Origin: an uncultured Cellulomonadaceae bacterium | Lineage (GTDB): Bacteria > Actinomycetota > Actinomycetes > Actinomycetales > Cellulomonadaceae | Length of the DNA: 64,000 nucleotides | Direction of reading: 5' to 3' | NCBI GenBank assembly: GCA_964510785.1 | Contig: CAZECM010000012.1 | Coordinates: forward strand, 59-64,058 | Shown: positions 36,824 to 45,497 of the stretch, piece after piece | How the letters are laid out: each line of letters starts with the position of its first letter | How positions within the stretch are numbered: the stretch's first letter is position 1 | The notes under the pieces: generated by a model | Told to the model about the DNA's origin: nothing | Seen by the model: only the letters and a program-made list of their open reading frames with translations | Database searches by the model: none | Made by a program: the position numbers and the translations under genes

Positions 36824-37693
36824 CTACAGGTTGATGAACACCGGGTTGGACTGCCAGATCTTGCGCACCTGGATGGTCTTGCCGGGGCGCGGGGCGTCGA
36901 TCTGCTTGTTGCCGCCCAGGTAGATGCCCACGTGGCCGGGGGACCAGATGATGTCGCCCACCTTGGCGTTCTTGCGCGAGACGACCTTGCCGTCGTGGCG
37001 CTGCGCGGACGAGCTGCGCGAGAGGTTCGCGATGCCCGCCTTCTTGTAGACGTGGCGCACGAAGCCTGCGCAGTCGAAGCCCGACCGGGGGCTCGAGCCG
37101 CCGTAGCGGTAGCGCACACCGACGTACTTGAGGGCCTCGGCCTTGATGGCCGCGCTCTGGGAGACGACCTTGACGCGCACGGTCCGCGAGGTGCCGATGA
37201 GTCGGTCGCCCCCGGTCGTCCCGGCCGTCTGGACGGCGGTGGCGCTCGGGTGGAAGGTGACCTTGATCTTCTTCGTGCCCTTGCTCAGGCCCTTAGGCAG
37301 CGTGTAGGTCGTCTTGCCCTTCTTGAGGGTCTTGGTCTTGACGAGCTTCTTGCCGATCCGGATCTCGACCTTGCCGGCGATCGCCTTGCCCTTGAGCTTG
37401 GCGCGAATCGTGAGCTTGACGCGCGTCTCACCCTTGACCTGCTGGGTGTCGGAGCGCGTGACCGTGAGCTTGGGCTTGGTGGTCCGAGACGTCTTGGCCG
37501 TCTTGGCAGGGGCCGTCACGAGGGTCTGGGTAGCCGCGGTAGCGGCGGCTGGGGCTGTCGTCACGGGGGCCGCGTTGGCGACCGTCGGGACGGTGAGCGC
37601 CAGGGTGGTGGCGGCTACGAGGGCCAGGGACGTGCGACGGACCCGATTCTTGCGAATCTGGGCACGCTCGTGCAGAGCGGAGCTCTTCATCAT
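36824..37693 (-). CDS. Secreted NlpC/P60 peptidoglycan hydrolase with N-terminal lysine-rich Ig-like module
   Basis: Start MMKSSALH (ATG 37693) and a signal peptide ending ANA-AP. Lys-rich Ig-type repeat, then a C-terminal GFDCAGFV ... GHVGIY catalytic Cys/His domain. Confidence 0.85.
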   Translation of the reverse strand: MMKSSALHERAQIRKNRVRRTSLALVAATTLALTVPTVANAAPVTTAPAAATAATQTLVTAPAKTAKTSRTTKPKLTVTRSDTQQVKGETRVKLTIRAKLKGKAIAGKVEIRIGKKLVKTKTLKKGKTTYTLPKGLSKGTKKIKVTFHPSATAVQTAGTTGGDRLIGTSRTVRVKVVSQSAAIKAEALKYVGVRYRYGGSSPRSGFDCAGFVRHVYKKAGIANLSRSSSAQRHDGKVVSRKNAKVGDIIWSPGHVGIYLGGNKQIDAPRPGKTIQVRKIWQSNPVFINL

Positions 37694-37710
37694 GGAAGTA
37701 CCTCGGAGAG

Positions 37711-37918
37711 CGCCTACGGGGTGAGCTGTCGGATTCGGAGCGAGGTAGCCCCGGCCGATCCCTGGGAGGACCGGCTTCACCCCTAGGACGCGTGTGCGCC
37801 CGGAGTTGGGTCCCCCGTCACTGCCATCGGGTAAGGAAACCGGGGCGGTGGCAGTGCTCGGCGGTCCGACCCGGGCCGAGTCGAGGAGGGTTGACCCGGC
37901 GAAAAGACGTTAAGCGCG
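37711..37918 (-). promoter_or_regulatory. c-di-AMP riboswitch (ydaO-yuaA class) leader of the NlpC/P60 gene
   Basis: The minus-strand transcript carries CGCUUAAC..., ACGGGGGACCCAA, AGGGGUGAAGCC and CUCCGAAUCCGACAGCUCACCCCGUAGGCG. These match the conserved ydaO blocks and end ~18 nt before the start codon. Confidence 0.8.
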
Positions 37919-38121
37919 CGGGGCCCGATTGTCACGGTGAGGTCACGACTTCACGGGATCTTCACGAGTCGGCTCCGCAATGGCGACGTTTCCTGTGATG
38001 GTGGTCACGGTTTCGGGGCGAAGCGGACACCGTCCGACGGCGGGCACCCGCGCCGCGAGCTCCGTGTCCGACGACGGCGCCCGCCACGCGCCGTCGTATC
38101 CCGACCTGCCAGAGTGGACCG

Positions 38122-39177
38122 GTGACCCACACCCTCACCCTTCCCGCACCGCGCCAACCCGACCCCGCGGACGCGCCCGCCCTGCGATGGGGCGTCCTCG
38201 CCCCGGGCTGGATCGCTTCGAACTTCGCCCGCGCGCTGCATGCTCATACCTCCCAGCGCATCGTCGCCGTCGGCTCGCGCACGGCCGCCCGCGCCGAGGA
38301 GTTCGCGGCGCGGTTCGAGACCCCGCGCGCGTACGACAGCTACGGGGGTGTGCTCGCGGACCCGGCGGTCGACGTCGTCTACGTGGCCTCCCCGCACTCC
38401 GAGCACCGCACCCAGGCGCTCGCCGCGATCGCCGCGGGCAAGCACGTGCTCGTCGAGAAGGCGTTCACGCGCAACGCCGCCGAGGCCCGCGAGGTGAGCG
38501 CAGCGGCGCGCGCGGCCGGCGTCTTCGTCATGGAGGCGATGTGGTCGCGGTACCTGCCGCACACCGACGTGCTGCGCCAGCTGCTCGACGACGGTGCCCT
38601 CGGGGACGTCCACCGTGTCGAGGCGGACTTCGGCTCCCGGGCGGACGTCGGCCCCGAGCACCGCCTGCTCGACCCCGCCCTCGGCGGGGGCGTGCTGCTC
38701 GACCTCGGCGTGTACCCGCTCGCGTTCGCCTCGTTCGTGGCGCGCCACGCCGGTGCCGGACCGCTCCCGGTCGCCGAAGGGCTCCAGGTCGCCGGGGAGC
38801 TCGCCGTGACCGGCGTGGACGCACAGGTCTCGGTGCAGCTCGCCGTCGGCGGCCTGCACGCCTCGCTCTTCACGACGATGCTCGCCGAGACGCCGCAGAC
38901 CGCCGTCGTCGCCGGGTCGCGGGCGCGCGTCACCCTCGGGCGCAAGTTCTTCGTCCCCGGCTCGCTCACGCTCACGCGCGGTGGGGAGTCGGTGACGTGG
39001 GACGAGAACCGGATCGGGGACCTCGACGGGCTGGCCTTCCAGGCTGCCGCGCTCGCCCGCTACGTGGCCGAGGGGCGCACCGAGTCCCCGCTGCAACCGC
39101 TCGACGAGACGATCGCGATCCTCGAGACCGCCGACGCGATCCGCGCCGCGATCGGAGTCCGCTACCCCGGCGAGTGA
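38122..39177 (+). CDS. Gfo/Idh/MocA family oxidoreductase
   Basis: LRWGVLAPGWIASNF N-terminus and a HVLVEKAFT motif. Starts at GTG. Confidence 0.8.
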   Translation: MTHTLTLPAPRQPDPADAPALRWGVLAPGWIASNFARALHAHTSQRIVAVGSRTAARAEEFAARFETPRAYDSYGGVLADPAVDVVYVASPHSEHRTQALAAIAAGKHVLVEKAFTRNAAEAREVSAAARAAGVFVMEAMWSRYLPHTDVLRQLLDDGALGDVHRVEADFGSRADVGPEHRLLDPALGGGVLLDLGVYPLAFASFVARHAGAGPLPVAEGLQVAGELAVTGVDAQVSVQLAVGGLHASLFTTMLAETPQTAVVAGSRARVTLGRKFFVPGSLTLTRGGESVTWDENRIGDLDGLAFQAAALARYVAEGRTESPLQPLDETIAILETADAIRAAIGVRYPGE

Positions 39178-39178
39178 G

Positions 39179-39739
39179 TCAGATGGTGAGGGTCCCCGGG
39201 GCGAAGAGGGAGTCGGTCGCGGGGGCGGGGAGGACGGCGAGGCACAGTCCCGTGCGGTCGCCGCGCTGCCACGAGGACGGCGTCGGCGCCCACGTCACGG
39301 CCGTCACGCCGGCCGCCTCGAGCTCGGCCGTGAGCTGGCACGCGCCGGCCACCCGGCTGTGCGCGGCGGCCTGTCCCGGCCAGACCGCGTCGGCCATGAA
39401 CGCGTACTGCGAGTAGACCTGCGCGATGTGCTCGTCCGAGCACGGCACCACGCGCACGGTCGTGACGTTGCCGTCGTCGGGCAGCTCCGCGACGCAGTTG
39501 CCCGTGACGAGCTGGACGGCCGCGACGTTGCGCGGAGCGCCGACGTCGGGCCCGATCGGCGCGGCCAGCCGGTTGTTCATCACGAGCCCCAGCCACGCGG
39601 CCCCGCCACCGAGCAGCAGCATCGCGGCCACCACGACGGCGCCGACGATCCGCACCCTGCGCTGGTTGCGCCGCGGTGCGGGCTCCCAGGTCCCGGCCTG
39701 GAACGCCTCGGCGGGGTACTCGTAGTCGTCGTGGCTCAT
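39179..39739 (-). CDS. Membrane-anchored septum-formation-family-like protein
   Basis: Single TM helix, then a GNC...VVPCSDEH...QVY...ACQ cysteine pattern. Confidence 0.5.
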   Translation of the reverse strand: MSHDDYEYPAEAFQAGTWEPAPRRNQRRVRIVGAVVVAAMLLLGGGAAWLGLVMNNRLAAPIGPDVGAPRNVAAVQLVTGNCVAELPDDGNVTTVRVVPCSDEHIAQVYSQYAFMADAVWPGQAAAHSRVAGACQLTAELEAAGVTAVTWAPTPSSWQRGDRTGLCLAVLPAPATDSLFAPGTLTI

Positions 39740-39749
39740 GGGCGCCGCC

Positions 39750-40544
39750 TCAGTCCGCGAGCTCGAGGATCACGGGCACGTGGTCGGAGGCGCCCTTGCC
39801 CTTGCGTTCGTCCCGGTCGATCTCCACACCCGTGGTGCGCGCGGTCAGTGCGGGGCTCGTGTACGCGAAGTCGATGCGCAGGCCTTCGTTCCTGGGGAAG
39901 CGCAGCTGCTGGTAGTCCCAGTACGTGTAGCGGCGCTCGTCGGGGATGAACTGGCGCGAGACCTCGGTGTAGCCGGCCTCGGCGAACGAGGTGAAGGCAG
40001 CACGCTCGGGCGCGGAGACGTGGGTCTGGCCCTCGAACACCGCCACGTCCCACACGTCCGTGTCGAGCGGGGCCACGTTCCAGTCACCGAGCAGGGCGAC
40101 CTGGGCCGTGGGGTCCACCTCGAGCCAGCCGACGGCGTTGACGCGGAGCTGCTCGAGCCACGCGAGCTTGTACGCGTAGTGCGGGTCGTCGAGCCCGCGG
40201 CCGTGGGGCACGTACAGGCTCCAGACGTCGACGCCGGCGCACCTCGCCCCGAGCGCCCGCGCCTCGACGACGGGCTCCTCGGCGCCGAAGGACGGCTGGC
40301 CCGCGAACCCCTCGCGCACGTCGTCGAGCCCCACCCGGGAGGCGATCGCGACACCGTTCCACTGGTTGAGTCCCCACGCAGCCACCTCGTAGCCCGCGGC
40401 CTCGAACGCGGCGAAGGGAAACTGCTCGGGCTTGCACTTCGTCTCCTGCAGGGCAAGGACGTCGACGTCCGCCCGCTCGAGGAAGCCCACGGCGCGGTCC
40501 ACCCGCGCCCGGATCGAGTTGATGTTCCACGTTGCGATGCGCAC
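39750..40544 (-). CDS. xthA: Exodeoxyribonuclease III
   Basis: MRIATWNINSIRAR, LALQETK, GDWNVAP and SDHVPV are EEP-family ExoIII hallmarks. Confidence 0.9.
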   Translation of the reverse strand: MRIATWNINSIRARVDRAVGFLERADVDVLALQETKCKPEQFPFAAFEAAGYEVAAWGLNQWNGVAIASRVGLDDVREGFAGQPSFGAEEPVVEARALGARCAGVDVWSLYVPHGRGLDDPHYAYKLAWLEQLRVNAVGWLEVDPTAQVALLGDWNVAPLDTDVWDVAVFEGQTHVSAPERAAFTSFAEAGYTEVSRQFIPDERRYTYWDYQQLRFPRNEGLRIDFAYTSPALTARTTGVEIDRDERKGKGASDHVPVILELAD

Positions 40545-40669
40545 ATCCGCACGCTACCCGCCCGCCGCCCGGTGCGGTGGCCGACGGCGGGGAGCTTGGT
40601 GGGCGGATCAGCGCCGCGTGGGACGGACGGCACCTCACCGCTGCGAGCTTCGCCAACTAGGCTCGAGGC

Positions 40670-41479
40670 ATGGCCACCGCACTGATCACCGGCGCGAGCG
40701 CCGGGCTGGGACTCGAGTTCGCCTGGCAGCTCGCGACCGCGCGCCACGACGTCGTCCTGGTCGCGCGTGACGTCGAGCGACTGGAGCGCCTCGCGACGCA
40801 GCTCAACGCCGCCGCCGGTGTGCGCGCCGAGGTGCTGCCCGCCGACCTCACGGTGCGCGAGGACGTGGAGCGGGTCGCCGAGCGGCTGCGCGCCACGGAG
40901 CGCCCCGTCGGCCTGCTCGTCAACAACGCGGGGCTCGGCTCGAGCTCGCGGTTCCTCGAGGCCGACGTCACGGCTGAGGAGGCCGCGCTCGACGTCATGG
41001 TCCGCGCCGTGCTCGTGCTGTCCCACGCCGCCGCGAACGCGATGGTGACCCGGGGCCGCGGCGCGATCCTCAACGTCTCCTCGATGGCTGCGCTGCTCGC
41101 ATCCGGCCCGTACTCCGCGCACAAGGCGTGGGTGCGGACGTTCACCGAGGGCCTCGCCGTCGAGCTGCGCGGCACGGGCGTGACGGCCACCGTGCTGCAG
41201 CCGGGCTTCGTCCACACCGAGTTCCACGAGCGCGGCGGCATCGACATGTCCTCGCTGCCCTCGATCGCATGGCTCAACGCGGACGACGTGGTCGCCGCCG
41301 CCCTCGCCGACGTGCGCCGTGGCCTCGTCATCTCGACCCCCTCGCTGCGCTACCAGCTCGCCGCCGGGGTGGCGCGCGCACTGCCGCGCTCCGCCGTCCG
41401 GGCGCTCGGCAACTACCGCGAGCGGCTCGCCGACGGTCCCGACGGCGGCGAGACACCCGACGCCGACGACGGCGAGTAG
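40670..41479 (+). CDS. Short-chain dehydrogenase/reductase (SDR)
   Basis: TGASAGLG cofactor motif, NNAG, and the YSAHK catalytic motif. Confidence 0.85.
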   Translation: MATALITGASAGLGLEFAWQLATARHDVVLVARDVERLERLATQLNAAAGVRAEVLPADLTVREDVERVAERLRATERPVGLLVNNAGLGSSSRFLEADVTAEEAALDVMVRAVLVLSHAAANAMVTRGRGAILNVSSMAALLASGPYSAHKAWVRTFTEGLAVELRGTGVTATVLQPGFVHTEFHERGGIDMSSLPSIAWLNADDVVAAALADVRRGLVISTPSLRYQLAAGVARALPRSAVRALGNYRERLADGPDGGETPDADDGE

Positions 41480-41509
41480 CTCGCCCCGTCCCCCGCTACC
41501 CTGTGGGTC

Positions 41510-42085
41510 GTGACTGACGCCGCCTTCTCACCGACGCCGCGCGAGCAGCTGCTCGCCCTGATCCGCGAGCTCGCCGTGGTGCACGGCCGAGTGACCCTGT
41601 CCTCGGGCAAGGAGGCCGACTACTACGTCGACCTGCGCCGCATCACGCTGCACCACCGCGCGGCTCCCCTCGTGGGGCACGTGCTGCTCGACCTCCTCGA
41701 GGAGGTGGGGCTCGGTGCGGGCGAGGTGGACGCCGTCGGCGGACTGACGCTCGGTGCGGACCCCGTCGCGACCGCCCTGCTGCACGCGGCCGCGTCGCGC
41801 GGGCAGGATCTCGACGCGTTCGTCGTGCGCAAGGAGGGCAAGGCCCACGGGCTGCAGCGCCGCATCGAGGGGCCCGACGTCGCGGGACGGCGCGTCGTGG
41901 CAGTCGAGGACACGTCGACGACGGGCGGCTCCGTGCTCGCCGCCGTCGAGGCGCTGCGCGAGGCTGGTGCCGAGGTGGCCGGCGTGGCCGTCATCGTCGA
42001 CCGGGACACGGGCGCGCGCGAGGTGATCGAGGCCGAGGGTCTGAGCTACCACGCCGTCTTCTCGCTCGGAGACCTGGGACTCTAG
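41510..42085 (+). CDS. pyrE: Orotate phosphoribosyltransferase
   Basis: SSGKEADYYVDLR and the VVAVEDTSTTGGS PRPP-binding loop. Starts at GTG. Confidence 0.9.
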   Translation: MTDAAFSPTPREQLLALIRELAVVHGRVTLSSGKEADYYVDLRRITLHHRAAPLVGHVLLDLLEEVGLGAGEVDAVGGLTLGADPVATALLHAAASRGQDLDAFVVRKEGKAHGLQRRIEGPDVAGRRVVAVEDTSTTGGSVLAAVEALREAGAEVAGVAVIVDRDTGAREVIEAEGLSYHAVFSLGDLGL

Positions 42086-42087
42086 CC

Positions 42088-42798
42088 ATGGGTTCGGGGG
42101 GCTTCGAGTGGTTCTTCCTCCTGATGGTCGCCGTCGTCGTCGGCGGGATCGTCTGGGGCATCTACGCCGGGCGCAAGAAGCGTGAACGGCTCGCGGCCTT
42201 CGCGGCGTCGATCGGGTGGACCTACCAGGCGAGCGCACCGCAGCTCGTGGGTCGCTGGCGCGGCCAGCCGTTCAACATCGGCAGCTCCAAGCAGGCCTCG
42301 CACCTGCTGACGGGCGACTACCGGGGCAGGACCGCCGCAACCTTCGAGTACCAGTACACGACAGGCAGCGGGAAGAACCGGTCGACGACGGTCCTCACGA
42401 TCACGATGCTCGCCCTGCCCACCTTCCTGCCGGACCTCGAGATCACGAACGAGGGCCTCGGCGCCAAGCTGGCCAAGGTCTTCGGCGGCCAGGACATCCA
42501 GTTCGAGTCCGAGGAGTTCAACCGGCGCTGGCGTGTCGAGGCGGCGATGCGCAAGACGGCGCACGACATCGTGCACCCGCGGTTCATGGAGTTCATGGTG
42601 GCCGGCCCGTCAGACCCGCTGCGCTTCGAAGGGACCGACGTGTGGACGTGGCACCTCGGGGCCATCGGCACCGATCCGCTGTACGCCCGCCTGGATCGTC
42701 TCGCGCGCGCCGTCGACCTCGTCCCCCGCCACGTGTGGCAGGACTACGGATACGATCCTCACGCGGGCGCCGGTGGCGCTCCGGAACTCAAGGGGTAA
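42088..42798 (+). CDS. Hypothetical membrane-anchored protein (DUF3137-like), partner of LemA
   Basis: N-terminal TM helix and a 200-aa soluble part. Lies 2 nt before the lemA-like start. Family call is from memory only. Confidence 0.45.
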   Translation: MGSGGFEWFFLLMVAVVVGGIVWGIYAGRKKRERLAAFAASIGWTYQASAPQLVGRWRGQPFNIGSSKQASHLLTGDYRGRTAATFEYQYTTGSGKNRSTTVLTITMLALPTFLPDLEITNEGLGAKLAKVFGGQDIQFESEEFNRRWRVEAAMRKTAHDIVHPRFMEFMVAGPSDPLRFEGTDVWTWHLGAIGTDPLYARLDRLARAVDLVPRHVWQDYGYDPHAGAGGAPELKG

Positions 42799-42800
42799 CG

Positions 42801-43415
42801 ATGGAGACTCTGCTCATCCTCGCGCTGGTCGTCGCGATCGTGGTGATTCCCCTGGGTTGGGGCATCGCGACCTACAACGGCTTCGTGCGCCTGCGCAACC
42901 TCGTGCAGGAGGCCTGGCGCCAGATCGACGTCGAGCTGCAGCGCCGCCACGACCTCATCCCGAACCTCGTCGAGACCGTCAAGGGCTACGCGGCCCACGA
43001 GCGCGCCGTGTTCGACGAGGTCACCCGGGCGCGTTCGCTCGCCGCAGGACCCGCGAGCGGTCCGGCCGAGCAGGCCGCGCACGAGAACGTGCTGACGCAG
43101 GCGATCGGCCGGCTGTTCGCCGTCGCCGAGGCGTACCCTCAGCTCCGAGCGAGCGAGAACTTCCAGCAGCTCCAGTCCGAGCTCACCAACACCGAGGACC
43201 GCATCGCCGCGGGCCGCCGGTTCTACAACGCGAACGTGCGCGAGCTCAACACGAAGGTCGAGACCTTCCCCGCGAACTTCGTCGCGAACATGTTCTCCTT
43301 CGCGAGGGTCGAGTACTTCGAGACGGAGGACCCGGCGGTGCGCGCCGCCCCGACGATCGACTTCGGCCAGGGCTCCGGCACCCCGCCCGCCGCGCCTCCC
43401 GCACCGACCGCCTGA
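42801..43415 (+). CDS. LemA family protein
   Basis: N-terminal TM helix, then YNGFVRLRN, DLIPNLVETVKGYA, AEAYPQLRA and RRFYNANVRE blocks. Confidence 0.85.
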   Translation: METLLILALVVAIVVIPLGWGIATYNGFVRLRNLVQEAWRQIDVELQRRHDLIPNLVETVKGYAAHERAVFDEVTRARSLAAGPASGPAEQAAHENVLTQAIGRLFAVAEAYPQLRASENFQQLQSELTNTEDRIAAGRRFYNANVRELNTKVETFPANFVANMFSFARVEYFETEDPAVRAAPTIDFGQGSGTPPAAPPAPTA

Positions 43416-43428
43416 CGGGACGCGCGCC

Positions 43429-44274
43429 TCACGGCGCGGCAAGAGAGAACAAGAACACGCCGACGACGGCGGAGGTCGCGACGATCTCGCCGATGCCGAG
43501 CTGTTGGGGTGTGGCCTGCGGGAACTTGGCCGGCACGAGCCACGCCCGGACGGTGAGGACCGCGAAGATCGCCACGAGGGCCCACCACGTCGCGGGATAG
43601 AGACCGAGCACGGGCAGCTCGACCGTGTCGCCCCGACCGCCGTCGACGATCGACGGCGAGCTGTAGGACCGAAGCTGGGTGATCGTGAGGACCACGAGCG
43701 TCGCGAGCGCGTGGTACCCGATCGACGCCCGCAGCATCGCCGGGTTGCCGCGCTCGCGGATCATCGTCTTGACGTAGAACGCCGTGCCGAAGAAGTAGAC
43801 CCAGAGCACGGCCGCCCAGGTCCACGCGGCGGTGGGTGCGTCCCACGGTGAGTCCCCGAGCTGCCACGCGACGACCGTCATGAGGCAGGCCGCGAGCACC
43901 GTGGCGCCGTCGTTGAGCAGCGAGCGGTCGCGCCGGGTCCACGAGCACCACAGGCCGATCGCGAGCAGCGGCGCGAGCACGGGTGCCCACCACAGCAGGC
44001 GAGGGTCGATCACGATGAGCGGGACGCCGAGTGCGGCGAGCGCGATCGCGTAGGCGCGCACCGGTGGCCAGTAGCGGGCCCGGCGTCGGGCCTTGAGCCA
44101 CAGCCCGGTCGCGTTGAAGGAGAAGTAGGCGAGCAGCCACGCCGCCGCGAGGAGGAGGTGCAGCCAGCGTGCGCCGCCGCCGATGATGCCGACGAGCAAC
44201 GGCGCTACGAGCATCGCCCACGCACCGTGCTGGTCGGGGATCCAGCCGGGGCCTCGTCGTCGTCGTCGTGCCAC
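43429..44274 (-). CDS. YwiC-like polytopic membrane protein
   Basis: GWIPDQHGAWAML N-terminus with 8 predicted TM helices. Confidence 0.6.
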   Translation of the reverse strand: MARRRRRGPGWIPDQHGAWAMLVAPLLVGIIGGGARWLHLLLAAAWLLAYFSFNATGLWLKARRRARYWPPVRAYAIALAALGVPLIVIDPRLLWWAPVLAPLLAIGLWCSWTRRDRSLLNDGATVLAACLMTVVAWQLGDSPWDAPTAAWTWAAVLWVYFFGTAFYVKTMIRERGNPAMLRASIGYHALATLVVLTITQLRSYSSPSIVDGGRGDTVELPVLGLYPATWWALVAIFAVLTVRAWLVPAKFPQATPQQLGIGEIVATSAVVGVFLFSLAAP

Positions 44275-44354
44275 GCCCCGACGCTATCCCGCTCGCCCGG
44301 CCCCCTCCTCACCCGAAAGCCCCACGCGCGCCACCCATCCCCGCCCTGCGAGAT

Positions 44355-44432
44355 GACACCCGCCCTGCGGGACGTGGTGCACGCACAGCGTCCCGCAGAG
44401 GGCGGTTTGTGACCATGACGTCCCGCAGAATC
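44355..44432. repeat. Copy B of the dispersed hairpin element (GTCCCGCA units)
   Basis: Stem 44360-44374 / 44389-44405 with the same core TGCGGGACG-TGGTGCACGCAcAG-CGTCCCGCA. Outer stem differs from copy A but stays complementary. A further GACGTCCCGCAG unit follows. Confidence 0.7.
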
Positions 44433-44489
44433 GGTGGACGGGCGCGGCGGGGCGATCTCGGGGGACCGGGGGTCGCACCGGGGTTGGTC

Positions 44490-45272
44490 TCAGGCGGTGG
44501 GGGTGTCCGGCGCGGTGGGGGCGTCGAGGGTGAGGTCGATCGGGGTGGGGTCGTGGCTCGCGGGCGGGGCGGCGTGGGCGGCGGGGTCGGTGGCGGGGGT
44601 CGCATCGACGAGCGCGCGGCGGCGGTCGCGGCGGGCGCGCAGCAGCTCGAACGCGATCGGCAGCACCGAGACGAGCACGATCGCCACGAGGAGCACCTCG
44701 ATGTTCTCGCGGATGAAGGTCACGTTCCCGAGCGCGTAGCCGAGCAGCGTCACGCCCACGCCCCACAGCAGGGCCCCGATCACGTTGAACGAGACGAAGT
44801 GCCGGTAGCTCATCTTCCCGACCCCGGCGGCGACGGGTGCGTAGGTCCGCACGAAGGGGATGAACCGCGCCACGATGATGGTGCGCCCGCCGTACTTGTC
44901 GAAGTAGGCGTTCGTCATGTCGATGTAGGACTGCTTGAAGAACCGCGAGTCGGGCCGGTTGAAGATGCGTGGCCCTGCCTTGCGCCCGATGGCGTAGGCC
45001 ACCTGGTCTCCCGCGAACGCGGCGAGGAAGAGCATCGCGCACAGCAGCCAGATCGGCACCGTGATCTGCTCCTGAGCCGTGAGCATGCCCGCGGTGAACA
45101 GCAGCGAGTCGCCCGGCAGGAAGGGGAACAGCAGCCCGGTCTCGATGAAGACGACGAGGACGACGCCGCCCAACGCGTACGGCCCGAACGACGCGATGAG
45201 AGTGTCGGGGTCGAGCCAGCCCGGCCCGAGAGCGGGAAGGGCTGCGACGAGCGGGGCTGCGAGGGAGGACAC
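44490..45272 (-). CDS. DedA/VTT-domain membrane protein
   Basis: FIETGLLFPFLPGDSLLF and IVARFIPFVRTYAP motifs, with a proline/threonine-rich tail. Confidence 0.85.
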   Translation of the reverse strand: MSSLAAPLVAALPALGPGWLDPDTLIASFGPYALGGVVLVVFIETGLLFPFLPGDSLLFTAGMLTAQEQITVPIWLLCAMLFLAAFAGDQVAYAIGRKAGPRIFNRPDSRFFKQSYIDMTNAYFDKYGGRTIIVARFIPFVRTYAPVAAGVGKMSYRHFVSFNVIGALLWGVGVTLLGYALGNVTFIRENIEVLLVAIVLVSVLPIAFELLRARRDRRRALVDATPATDPAAHAAPPASHDPTPIDLTLDAPTAPDTPTA

Positions 45273-45497
45273 CCGGCAAGCCTAGAGGCGCACCCGTGGG
45301 CTGGTCGCGCCCGCGGCGTGGAGGCACCGTGAAGGTCGGAGCGCCCGAGGCCACCTCTGGCACGCTGCGCGCCGAGGGCTCGGGTGCGGGCGCTCGAGCA
45401 GGGTGAAAAACGGGGCAAATCGGCCGTGAGGCTCCTCCCGGTCGTACTCTTCGACGATGAGGCCGCAGCGACCTCACCCGGCGACGAGGTGGTCGAG

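Noticed and set aside
2417-44432. The two hairpin-element copies as attL/attR of a 42-kb integrated island.
   Set aside because: The interval contains housekeeping genes (xthA, pyrE, mgsA) and no integrase. The copies are diverged structured elements rather than identical att cores. They look like members of a dispersed repeat family.
45384-45497. A shared GGGTGAAA ... GGCTCCT motif upstream of NHL paralogues 1 and 3 (also at 60542-60651), considered as a common promoter.
   Set aside because: The spacing between the two boxes differs (21 vs 32 nt), and paralogue 2 lacks them. This is probably coincidence.
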